DNA from: Alphaproteobacteria bacterium
Lineage (GTDB): Bacteria > Pseudomonadota > Alphaproteobacteria > MPNO01 > UBA830
DNA length: 64,000 bases
Reading direction: 5' to 3'
Assembly (NCBI GenBank): GCA_965243135.1
Contig: OZ251539.1
Location: 5,706,250 to 5,770,249, forward strand
In this document: one piece after another, positions 38,072-47,296 of the stretch
Layout: each line of letters starts with the position of its first letter
Numbering within the stretch: position 1 is the first letter of the stretch
Notes under the pieces: model-generated
What the model was told of the DNA's origin: nothing
Seen by the model: the letters and a program-made list of their open reading frames with translations, nothing else
Database searches by the model: none
Translations under genes and position numbers: made by a program

Positions 38072-38839
38072 ATGACTGATCTCTTTATTCCTGCGGAAAC
38101 GGTTGACGTCGTCGATGAAATTACCGCCAATGATGGTCACGCAACAGTGGAAATTCTCCCTGCTGCCGATGTATTGTATACATTGGGGCGATCCATGAGG
38201 GTAAACGCAATCATACTTGACCCTTGGTAAAATAGGGGGGTTGGAGGAGAGCGTGGCGATTACGATGATTGGTTGGCTGAAGTCATTCGGTCTGCATGCG
38301 ATATTGCCGATCATGTCTTCGTCTGGGGATTCCCCGAAATATTGGCGAACCAAATCTCGCGTCTGCCGAATGAATTCTTTCTTGTTTCTTGGCTGACGTG
38401 GTATTACAAAAACTGTCCCTCTGTAATTCGAGGATGGCGTTCCGCCCAAAATACCTGCCTTCATTTGGCCCTAAAGGATACGAAAATCTACCCTGAACAT
38501 TTTTTGAACGCACAACAATATGAGAGATGGAAGACAGGAAGAATGCGGTTCGTTCCTAGTCCTCCTTCGGTGCTCGAAGCGCCGTTGAACATAGGTTTCG
38601 TAGGAAAATCGGAACAGACGGGACATCCGGCGCAAAAACCTCTCGCTGTCATCGAACCCTTGATAATGATGGCAACCAAGGAGGACGATACGGTACTAGA
38701 CCCGATGTGCGGTTCGGGTACGACTGGAGAAGCTTGCCTCAGATTTAAGCGCAATGCCGTTCTCTGCGACGCCGCTTCCGATTATCTCTCCATCGCTCGC
38801 TCTCGAATCGACGCTTGGCATCGGTCGAATGGACGATAG
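38072..38839 (+). pseudogene. beta-class N6/N4 DNA methyltransferase with a nonsense codon in catalytic motif IV
   Basis: In-frame reading gives ..NAIILDPW-TAA(38228-38230)-NRG..YDDWLAEV... Motif I is intact downstream (HPAQKPLAVIEPLIMMATKEDDTVLDPMCGSGTTGEAC). Confidence 0.75.
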
Positions 38840-39457
38840 AAACGCCGTCGTTCGCGGCCCATACATGCAAAGCTCCATCCGTGGAGAGGCTTTCTTTCTC
38901 GATAACTTAGGAAAAGTCGCGACGCGCGAGCAACTAATACAGGTGGCGATCGATCCGAAAACCGGGCGGATCCCTGAGAATTGGCATCAACGATTATCGG
39001 AGCTTCGGACAGATCTGAGCTATACCATCCTGTCGTGGCGCAACCGGGGCGATCTGCGGGTGAGCGAATACATGATGCCCAACTCAGAGCGCCGCTCCAC
39101 CTCTGCCCGCCGCGCTCGTCCTAGCGCCCTCACTTGGGAAAGGGTTCTGGAACGCCACGATTATCGTTGTACTTGGGAGGAGGACGGCGTTACCTGCGGG
39201 TTACGGAATGGCGACGCGGACCCGATTGGCGGCGGAACGGTTAAATTGACGCCCGATCATCGCATCTCGCATGCGTTGCACGCGGAAACCGATCCAGGAG
39301 ACTCCGAAAAGTGGCGCCCCTTACGCCATCAAGTCATGAAGAAGAACTATTGGGATGACGAGACCGGATGGCTCAATGTCATGGCCAGTCTGCCTCCGAG
39401 GTCGAGAAGCGTCAAGTTTTGGAATTTTTGAAGACGTATTTCACGGAAACGACATGA
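38829..39457 (+). pseudogene. HNH-type restriction endonuclease-like gene with a probable 3' frameshift
   Basis: The ATG overlaps the methyltransferase stop. Contains ..VKLTPDH..HQVMKKNYWDDETGWLNV. The expected tail QSASEVEKRQVLEFLKTYFTETT-stop is in another frame from about 39385. Confidence 0.5.
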
Positions 39458-39888
39458 CAAGGCGAATCGATTGCTATTGATTTGAGCCTTCCAGGCTGAA
39501 AAATGCCGGATTTGAGGTCCGAGTGGCGTGACGATAGAAGTTCCTGCTGGAGTTCTGCAAGCGCCGCGCACCGCATCGGGGGTCGAAAGTCTGGAGCCGC
39601 AAGGGTTTAGAGCCGTCGCCGCGCTTGAGCGCGACGACCGGACCACGAGCGCATTCCACATCTCCTTCCGAGCGCGACAGGCAACAAAGCGGAGGGTGCC
39701 GGGCAAGCGGCCGGCAACGAACTTGCGCGATCCGCAGAACGGACAGTCGGGGTCGTGTTCGAAAAGATGGTGCAACCGCTATATTTTACGGCTCGCTGGC
39801 GCGTGATGGTTTGTCCTTTAGTATTACGTCGTGCATTCTCCAATCTGAACCTGGATTTGGATCCGGGACAAAGGGCTCGAATTCATCC

Positions 39889-41856
39889 ATGGGCGCGATT
39901 CTTCCGATAAACCTCGACAACCTCCTCCACTGTCGCAGTGTGGAGTCGGAACGGGTGGAGTTCGAAGGATCGTGGGATCCGCGGACGACAGGGCCCCAAG
40001 TGCTCAGGACGATCTGCGCGTTCGCCAATGACTATCACAACCTGAACGGCGGCTACGTCGTCATCGGCGTCGAGGAGCAGGCCGGACGTGCGGTCTTGCC
40101 TCCTTCCGGTCTGTCCGCCGGGGAGATCGAGACCGCGCGGAAATGGGTCCGCGGCAACTGCAACCGGCTCGACCCTCCCTATCACCCCATTTTGTCGCCC
40201 GAGACCGTCGGAGATCGACTTATCCTGGTAGTGTGGGCCCCGGCGAGCGAGATGAGGCCCCATCGTGCGCGCGGGATCGGCGGCGAGCGATTCTGGGTGC
40301 GTCTCGGCTCCGAGACCGTCGACGCCGAACGGCGCGGCGGTCTGCTTCGCGGCGTCGTCGAGCAGACCGCGCGCGTGCCTTGGGACGATCGCCGGGCGCC
40401 CGATGCTCAAGTCGAAGATCTGCGCGGAGCAAAGGTCCGCGAATACCTGCGAGATGTACGCAGCGGGCTCCTCGACGAACCGAGCGAAGAGAACGTTTAT
40501 CGGCGCATGCGCATAACGATGAAAGTTAATGATCGCGAAGTCCCCCGGAATGCGGGCCTCCTGTTCTTTTCGAAAGATCCCGCGGAGTGGTTTCGAGGGG
40601 CGAAGATCGAAGTCGTGCAGTGCGCCGCGGATCGGGCCGGGGATGTGCAGGAGGAACGGATCTTCGGTGGCGCGCTCGTGGATCAGCTTCGCGACTGCTT
40701 GAATTATCTTGAAAACTTTTCGGCGTTTCATCTGCAAAAGCAGCGGCATCGGAGCCAGGTTCGCGGTTGGGTCAGCTATCCGCTTCCGGCCCTCCGCGAA
40801 ACCCTCGTCAACGCGGTCTATCACCGCGGCTACGATGTCGACCAGCCCGAACCTACCAAAGTCTATCTCTATCCGGACCGCATTGAGGTCATCAGCTACC
40901 CGGGACCGGTTGCGGGAATCGAAGCCCGACACCTGCTTCCCGACGCGGAAGTTCGGGCCGCGCCTGCCCGCAATCGCCGCATCGGAGAATTTCTGAAGGA
41001 GCTGGGGCTTGCGGAGGGACGACTCACCGGACTGCGGAAGGTGTTTCAGGCGATGGAAACCAATGGCTCTCCGTCGCCCCGATTCGATTTCGACGAGCAG
41101 CGGACTTACTTCCAGGCCACGTTGCCGGCCCATCCGGAATATGGGGCGCTGTCGGCGCTGCGGGACGCGGCCCATCTAAAGGCATTGGGAGATCAAAGAG
41201 AAGCTCTCCGTCGCGTTGAGTCCGCGTGGACGTCCAACCGAAGTTCGGCGATCCTCGCGTCCGAGATGGTGCGGGCGTATGCGGAAAGCGGCGAGTTGGA
41301 GCGTGCCGAGGAAGTCCTGAAAACCTTCGAGGCGCAAGGGCCGGAGAGCGCGGTTTCCTGCGTCGCGAATGCGATGATCGAGGCGCTCGCGGACGCGGGC
41401 GACGAAAGCGGAGCTCGGCGGTTGCTCAGGAAGAGCCGTCCCGTATTGTTCGGCCGGGACGCTATAGACGCTGCTATCCTGGCCCGGCGCGTCAAAGACT
41501 CCCGCGCCGCGCACCGGTATTTCGAGCGCGCCGACGATGCCGTATATGCCGATTCTCGGGCGCTGCTTGAGTTCGCGCAGACCAAGCTCTGGCTGGCGAA
41601 CGAGGCCTACCGGCAACGTCGGCGCGATTCGAATCGACGGTTTCTCATGGAGGCTCGAGTGCTGCTGGAGCGCGCTATCCAGCTCGATGCATCGCCTGCG
41701 CGCCATGCCTGGGCGTGGCGCGAACTGGCGCGTGCGCTCAACTGGCTACGGGCTCCGGTCGGAGAGGTCGAAGGAGCCTATCGCGCGGCGATCGAGCTAT
41801 TGCCGGACGAACGGAGATTTCGCAGAGAGATGGAGAGGGTGCTGGTTGCCAGATAG
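39889..41856 (+). CDS. Schlafen/AlbA_2 + HATPase_c_4 + wHTH protein (COG2865-like) with a helical-repeat C-terminal extension
   Basis: 655 aa from MGAILPINLD. AlbA_2 pattern ESERVEFEGSW..ICAFANDYHNLNGGYVVIGVEE. HATPase_c_4 pattern YPLPALRETLVNAVYHRGYD..YPDRIEVISYPGP. A tail of about 180 aa looks TPR-like. Confidence 0.8.
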   Translation: MGAILPINLDNLLHCRSVESERVEFEGSWDPRTTGPQVLRTICAFANDYHNLNGGYVVIGVEEQAGRAVLPPSGLSAGEIETARKWVRGNCNRLDPPYHPILSPETVGDRLILVVWAPASEMRPHRARGIGGERFWVRLGSETVDAERRGGLLRGVVEQTARVPWDDRRAPDAQVEDLRGAKVREYLRDVRSGLLDEPSEENVYRRMRITMKVNDREVPRNAGLLFFSKDPAEWFRGAKIEVVQCAADRAGDVQEERIFGGALVDQLRDCLNYLENFSAFHLQKQRHRSQVRGWVSYPLPALRETLVNAVYHRGYDVDQPEPTKVYLYPDRIEVISYPGPVAGIEARHLLPDAEVRAAPARNRRIGEFLKELGLAEGRLTGLRKVFQAMETNGSPSPRFDFDEQRTYFQATLPAHPEYGALSALRDAAHLKALGDQREALRRVESAWTSNRSSAILASEMVRAYAESGELERAEEVLKTFEAQGPESAVSCVANAMIEALADAGDESGARRLLRKSRPVLFGRDAIDAAILARRVKDSRAAHRYFERADDAVYADSRALLEFAQTKLWLANEAYRQRRRDSNRRFLMEARVLLERAIQLDASPARHAWAWRELARALNWLRAPVGEVEGAYRAAIELLPDERRFRREMERVLVAR

Positions 41857-42149
41857 CAGTCGAACCCTGGTTCCCCGGTTTTTGAATCCACTTCGTCGCG
41901 GTAGTCGAGTCAGTCGCAATGTGGAGACCGTTGTTGGCGATTCACCCGCGACTTCGGCGATTCCGTTTGCCGTTGCGGCGGCTTTGCCGGGGTCGTTGGC
42001 GAAATGGACGTAGCGGGCGTTGGACTTGGTCGACAGACTTGGAACGCGGGCCGCGCCGAGATAACCGTTCCGCGGTCGGGCGTCGCGGCGTGAAGACGGA
42101 CGGGGCGGCCCCTCAGCGTCACGCTCCCGAATTCTCGAACGACGCCGCG

Positions 42150-43109
42150 CTATGCGGCGGCGTAGCGCGGCAAGAGCGTCTCGGCGTTGCCGCGGCGAAC
42201 GGCATGGGCGCGCGCCGTTCCTGTCCAGGCGTCCAGCCCGGCGGTCTCCGACGCCACCGCCTTTTCGGAGACGTACGGATAGTCGCTTCCGTAGAGGATG
42301 CGCGACGGGTCCGCGACGTCGTGAAGCGCAGCCAGCGGAGTTCCGTCGCCGGACAGCGCCGTGTCGAACCAGAAGCGCCGGATGCAGGCCAGCGCGCCTT
42401 CGGGATAATTGTCGCGGAAAGCGGTCGCCTCGTCGAAAATCGCGATCCGGTGAGCGAGGAACGGCAGCGTGCCGCCGCTGTGCGACAGGATGAACCGGAT
42501 GTTCGGCCAGCGCGTCGTCACGCCGTTGAGGATCAGGTTGACCGCCGCTTTCGTCGTCTCGAACGGGTAGTCGATCAGCATGCGCGGGATATTCCAGCCC
42601 TGCGCCTCGGTTCCCGCCGGATAGCAGGGATGGACGAACGCCACGGCCGCCCGGCGGTCGAGTTCGGCGTAGAGCGGTTCGAAACCCCGGTCTCCGACGT
42701 AACGGTCGTCGACGCTTGTCAGCAGCGTGATGCCGTCGAGCCCGAGATCGTCCAGCGCCCGCGCTGTTTCGGCGAGCGCGGCGTCGATATCCGGCAGGGG
42801 CAGAAAAGCGAAGCCTCCGAAGCGGCCGGGACGGTCGCGCGCGAGACGGGCCAGATAATCGTTGCAACGGCGGGCCAGATCCCGCGTCTGCGCGATGTCG
42901 CCGAACCAGATGCCGGGCGAGGTGAAGGAAAGGACCGCGGCGTCGATGTCGTTGGCCTCCATCGCCGCAAGGCTCTTCTCCGGCGTCCATTCGGGAAAAC
43001 CGCGATAGGCGGTGCCGGTGAAGCCGGCCCCGCGCTGCGCCTCGATATAGAATGCGGGCAGAACGTGGTGATGCACGTCGATGCGGCCGGTCATGGCCTC
43101 TCCGGTCAT
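42150..43109 (-). CDS. amidohydrolase_2 (ACMSD-like) family metal-dependent hydrolase/decarboxylase
   Basis: MTGRIDVHHHVLP.. and a typical PF04909-type pattern. The start overlaps the SDR stop (ATGA). An alternative ATG is at 43094. Confidence 0.85.
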   Translation of the reverse strand: MTGEAMTGRIDVHHHVLPAFYIEAQRGAGFTGTAYRGFPEWTPEKSLAAMEANDIDAAVLSFTSPGIWFGDIAQTRDLARRCNDYLARLARDRPGRFGGFAFLPLPDIDAALAETARALDDLGLDGITLLTSVDDRYVGDRGFEPLYAELDRRAAVAFVHPCYPAGTEAQGWNIPRMLIDYPFETTKAAVNLILNGVTTRWPNIRFILSHSGGTLPFLAHRIAIFDEATAFRDNYPEGALACIRRFWFDTALSGDGTPLAALHDVADPSRILYGSDYPYVSEKAVASETAGLDAWTGTARAHAVRRGNAETLLPRYAAA

Positions 43110-43810
43110 ACGGATCGCGTCAGCCCGCCGTCGACCCGGATGTTCTGTCCGGTGATGTAGCCGGCTTCGTCCGACAGCAGGAAGGCGACGGTCTCGCCGA
43201 CCTCGCTCGGGGAGCCGTAGCGGCGCGCCGGAATCGTCTCCGCGACCGAGCTGTCCGCCCCGTGGGTGTCGATGAAGCCGGGCAGGACGTTGTTCATGCG
43301 GATGCCCGAGGGTGCGTACTCGTCGGCGTAAAGTTTCGCGTACGCGGCGACGCCGGCCCGGAACGTGGCCGAGACGGGATAGGCCGGACTCGGTTCGACC
43401 GCGGCGTAGGTCGTGATGTTGACGATCGCGCCCCCGCCCTGCTTCGCCATGACGGGCGTCACCAGCCGGGCCATCCGGACGACGTTGAGCAGCACCATGT
43501 CGAGGCCGTTGCGCCAGTCCTCGTCCGAAATCTCGAGAAGGTTTCCGCGAGGCGCGAAGCCGCTGTTGTTGACCACCGAGTCGATCCGGCCGTGCGCCGC
43601 CATGGTCGCGTCGACGAGCGCGGCGAGGTCGTCCGCCTCCGTTACCGAGCCTCTGACCCCGATGGCGCCCAGTTCCTCCGCCAGAGCCTCGGCCGAACCG
43701 CCCGGAGACATCAGCGCGAGCGCATGGCCCCTTGCGGCCAGCGCGCGGGCGCAGGCGGCGCCCATTCCGCGTCCGCCGCCGGTGACGATCGCGACTTTGG
43801 CATCGGTCAT
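43106..43810 (-). CDS. short-chain dehydrogenase/reductase (SDR)
   Basis: 234 aa from MTDAKVAIVTGGGRGMG, with a GGAGGAG RBS. Contains NNSG and Y..YAK motifs. Confidence 0.9.
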   Translation of the reverse strand: MTDAKVAIVTGGGRGMGAACARALAARGHALALMSPGGSAEALAEELGAIGVRGSVTEADDLAALVDATMAAHGRIDSVVNNSGFAPRGNLLEISDEDWRNGLDMVLLNVVRMARLVTPVMAKQGGGAIVNITTYAAVEPSPAYPVSATFRAGVAAYAKLYADEYAPSGIRMNNVLPGFIDTHGADSSVAETIPARRYGSPSEVGETVAFLLSDEAGYITGQNIRVDGGLTRSV

Positions 43811-43926
43811 TCCGCTTCTCCTCCTTGCCGTTTCAGGCGGCGAGCATAGCCGGGCAGGCCGTTTCCGAAAAGCGCCGGCGCGTCGCCGTTCGCTGCGGGC
43901 CGGCGCTCGCCGCCGCGTCTCGGCCG

Positions 43927-45228
43927 TCAGGGAAAGAGTTGTCCCGGAAGCCAGAGAGCGAGCTGGGGGAACAGCATCAGCAGCGCGATCAGCACGGCGT
44001 CCGCCACGAGAAAGGGCGCGATGCCGCGGAAGACGGTCGAGAGCGCGACGTTTTCCAGCTGGGCGCGGATGACGAAGATGTTCAGCCCCACCGGCGGCGT
44101 GATCAGGCCTACCTCCACGACCACCACCATCAGTACGCCGTACCAGACGGTGTCGTAACCGAGAGCGACGACGATGGGCAGAAAGACGGGAACCGTCACG
44201 AGGATGATCGCCACCGATTCGAGAACGCAACCCAGGACGATGTAGAAGGCGAGAATGATCAGGATGACCGCCCAAGGCGCCAGCGACAAGGCGTCGATGA
44301 GGTCGATCATCGCGTTCGGAAGCCGGGTCTGGACGACGAAATATGCGAATATCCACGCCCCCGCGATGATGAACATCAGCATCGCGGTCGTGCGCAGCGT
44401 GTCCGCGAGGCAGTCGACGAAGCCCTTCCAGCCGAGTTTTCCGGTGCCGGCCGCGATGACGATGGCGGCGAACGAGGCGATGCCGGCCGCCTCGGTCGGA
44501 CTGAACCAGCCGGTATAGATGCCGCCCACCGCCAGACCGAACAGCACGACCAGTTTCCACATGGCCAGGGAGGCGGCCAGGCGCTCGCGCCACGGCATGC
44601 GAGGGCCGGCCGGCGTCCATTCCGGACGCACGCGGGCGATGACCCAGATCACGGCGACGAAAAGGAAGGTGAGAAGAAGTCCCGGAATCATTCCTGCGGC
44701 GAACAGGGCCGGCACCGATTCCTCGGCCGCCAGGGCGTAGATCACCATGATCACCGAAGGCGGAATGAGAATGCCGAGCGTGCCGCCGGCGGCGACCGAC
44801 CCGGTCGCGAGCCGCTCGTCGTAACCGTACCGGCGCATTTCCGGGACGGCGATCCGGGTGAAGGTCGCCGCGGTGGCGAGCGAAGACCCGCTGATCGCCG
44901 CGAAGCCCGCGCAGGCGCCGATCGTCGCCATGGGAAGCGCGCCCCGCCGTCCGGCGAACAGGGCGTTGGCGGCGACGAACAATTCCTGCGACATGCCGGC
45001 GCGGGTCGCGACGGCGCCCATCAGGACGAAAAGAGGCAGGACCGAGAAGGCGTAACTCGAAAGAAAATAGGGAGTTTCTCCGAACACGATGAAGGCGCGC
45101 TCCCAGCCGTCGATCGCTGCGTATCCGACCAGGCCGGTCAAGCCCATCGCCGCGCCCAGGGGCACGCGGAGGAGCGTGAGCGCGACCAGGCCGAGAATGC
45201 CGAACGCGCCGATGAGTTGCGTCGTCAC
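43927..45228 (-). CDS. dctM: TRAP transporter large permease (second system)
   Basis: 433 aa with the DctM pattern. Confidence 0.95.
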   Translation of the reverse strand: MTTQLIGAFGILGLVALTLLRVPLGAAMGLTGLVGYAAIDGWERAFIVFGETPYFLSSYAFSVLPLFVLMGAVATRAGMSQELFVAANALFAGRRGALPMATIGACAGFAAISGSSLATAATFTRIAVPEMRRYGYDERLATGSVAAGGTLGILIPPSVIMVIYALAAEESVPALFAAGMIPGLLLTFLFVAVIWVIARVRPEWTPAGPRMPWRERLAASLAMWKLVVLFGLAVGGIYTGWFSPTEAAGIASFAAIVIAAGTGKLGWKGFVDCLADTLRTTAMLMFIIAGAWIFAYFVVQTRLPNAMIDLIDALSLAPWAVILIILAFYIVLGCVLESVAIILVTVPVFLPIVVALGYDTVWYGVLMVVVVEVGLITPPVGLNIFVIRAQLENVALSTVFRGIAPFLVADAVLIALLMLFPQLALWLPGQLFP

Positions 45229-45713
45229 GCCGGATCCCGGCGGCGCAGCGCCGCCCGCATGTCGCGCAGAAAAACCGCCGTGACGGCCAGGAACGAAGCC
45301 GCCACGCCGGTCAGGACGAGGCTGGCCTTCCAGATCACGGGATATTGCAGGTCGGCCGTAACTTCGTTGAATTCGACGAACTCGACGGCAGGTTCGACCA
45401 TGTGAAACGCCAGCAGGCCCATGAAGACGACGGACGCGGCGACGCCGGTCAGCTTGAGCAGTTCGACTCCGCGCGGCGGCACGATCTGGTCGATCAACTC
45501 GATCGTGATGTGCCGGCCCCGCAGGAAAGCCTCCGGAATGGCGAGAAACGCGACGCCGGCAAGGAACAGCTCGACGATCTCGTAGGTGCCGAATATCGGC
45601 GCGTTGAAACCGGACCGCAGTCCCACGTCGAGCACGTTGATCGCGACCATGGCGATCAGAAGGATGGCGGCGGCGCGAGAAAGAAATCGCGCCGCCGCCA
45701 AGGCGAGGGACAT
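45225..45713 (-). CDS. dctQ: TRAP transporter small permease (second system)
   Basis: 162 aa from MSLALAAARF. Its stop overlaps the dctM start. Confidence 0.8.
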   Translation of the reverse strand: MSLALAAARFLSRAAAILLIAMVAINVLDVGLRSGFNAPIFGTYEIVELFLAGVAFLAIPEAFLRGRHITIELIDQIVPPRGVELLKLTGVAASVVFMGLLAFHMVEPAVEFVEFNEVTADLQYPVIWKASLVLTGVAASFLAVTAVFLRDMRAALRRRDPA

Positions 45714-45721
45714 GGCCGCCG

Positions 45722-46750
45722 CTATTCGCTTGCGTACTTCGCGGACAGCGCTTTCATCTTTCCGAAGACCTCGCGCGCCGGCAGGCCTTTTTTCTCGAGG
45801 CCGGCGATCTTGGCTTCGATCACCTTGTCGGCGGCCTGACGCATTCGCGCGTCGGCCTCGGCGCTCAACGGCACCGACTCGATGTTGATCTTCTTCATGT
45901 AGTCGGTGAACACGGGAAAATCGTCCCAGGTGAGGGTCGACATTTGAATCGCGTTGTCGCGCGACCCGAGGTCGTCGACCATGGCCCGCAGGTCGGCCGG
46001 CAGGTTGCCGTACGATTTTTCGTTCATGGCGAAGCCGAAACTGATCACCGACACGAACATGTTCGTGTAGTACTTCACCAGCCCGCCGAGCTTGAAGGCG
46101 AAGATGCCCGAGGGATCGGTCACCACGCCGTCGATCGTCTTCTTCTGCAGCGATTCCGCCATCAGCGGAGCCGGCAGGCCGATGGGCAGGGCACCGAGGG
46201 ACTTCATCATCGCCACGTCGGTCGGCGTCGGCGCGCGGTAGCGGCGCCCCTTGAGGTCGTCCACCGTCCGGATGGGAATCTGGGAATCGTAGATCCCCGA
46301 CGGGCGGTTGAACACGATCCACAACGCTTTGGTTCCCTTGTGCTCGGCTGCGAGGTAGGGGGCCTTGAGGTCGTGCGCGACCTTCGCTCCGACAAGCGAC
46401 CCCTTGAAGCCGGGCGGGAACAGGTACGGAGCGTGCGTGAGTTCGGTCAGCGGAAACCTGCCCGGGGTCGTGCCGTGCTGGAAGAACGACAGGTCGGCGA
46501 CGCCCTTGCGCGCGAGGTCGTAATGCCGCGGCATCGGCCCCATCGAAGCGCCGTAGAACACTTCGAGGTTGAGGCGTCCGCCGCTTTTCTCGGCCAGCTC
46601 TTTTTGCTTCAACTCGAACCAGCGAGTGCTTGACGCCGCTTTCGGCGTGAAATTCGCGACCTTGAGGGTATAGGTCTTCTGCGCGGTCGCGGAGCCTGCG
46701 GCGAGCATGCCAGCCGCCGCCGCAAGGGCGAGTGAACAGGATATGCGCAT
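45722..46750 (-). CDS. dctP: TRAP transporter solute-binding protein (second system)
   Basis: 342 aa from MRISCSLALAAAAGMLAAGSATA (signal peptide), with a GGGAGGA RBS. Confidence 0.9.
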   Translation of the reverse strand: MRISCSLALAAAAGMLAAGSATAQKTYTLKVANFTPKAASSTRWFELKQKELAEKSGGRLNLEVFYGASMGPMPRHYDLARKGVADLSFFQHGTTPGRFPLTELTHAPYLFPPGFKGSLVGAKVAHDLKAPYLAAEHKGTKALWIVFNRPSGIYDSQIPIRTVDDLKGRRYRAPTPTDVAMMKSLGALPIGLPAPLMAESLQKKTIDGVVTDPSGIFAFKLGGLVKYYTNMFVSVISFGFAMNEKSYGNLPADLRAMVDDLGSRDNAIQMSTLTWDDFPVFTDYMKKINIESVPLSAEADARMRQAADKVIEAKIAGLEKKGLPAREVFGKMKALSAKYASE

Positions 46751-46753
46751 CGG

Positions 46754-47095
46754 TATTCCTCCCGTTTTGTCGCGGATCAGCGAGAGAGCGCCGGCCGGGC
46801 CTGTACGCTGTTCCGCAAGCCTGCTTGTCCAAGCCGTTAGACAGTCTGCCATAATTCGGCGGGACGGCATAGCCGGACAGCGCCGCCCCTTTCGCCGCCG
46901 CGCGCGCGGCCGTCAGATGACGCCGACCCTTGATGCGCCTCGCAGAACTTTCGCCGCCGCGTGCGGGGCCGTCGGCCAGCGCGATGGCTTTCCGCGGTCG
47001 GCCAGTCCTGCCCGCTGTCCGGCATCTTCTCGACGGCTGGCGTTCCGTAGCCGACCGCCCACGTTGTCAGGGGTCCAGGTCCGTGCGGAGTGACG
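46754..47095 (+). repeat. ~340-bp repeat, intact copy
   Basis: ttcctcccgtttt..cggatcagcgagagagcgccggccgggcctgt..ccaagccgttagacagtctgccataattcggcgg..ttgtcaggggtcc..ggaggggaaacaggtcattc matches 49214..49314 joined to 52155..52405. Confidence 0.7.
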
Positions 47096-47261
47096 GAGGG
47101 GAAACAGGTCATTCCCGAACCGGCCGGCGGCCTCGGCCATGAGGCCCATGCCGACGCCGGCGGCGCTGCCCGTGCGCCTCCTTCTCCTGCCGGTCGAGCT
47201 GGCGGATGGCGTCGCCGAGCTGGGCGCGGACGCGCAGGACGAGGCGTTAATGACGCTCTCC

Positions 47262-47290
47262 TTGACGGCTTCGGGGCGGCGGCCTACCCT
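47262..47290 (+). promoter_or_regulatory. sigma70-like promoter abutting the start codon of paralog 3
   Basis: TTGACG(47262-67), 17 nt, TACCCT(47285-90), tttcgg, ATG(47297). Confidence 0.5.
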
Positions 47291-47296
47291 TTTCGG

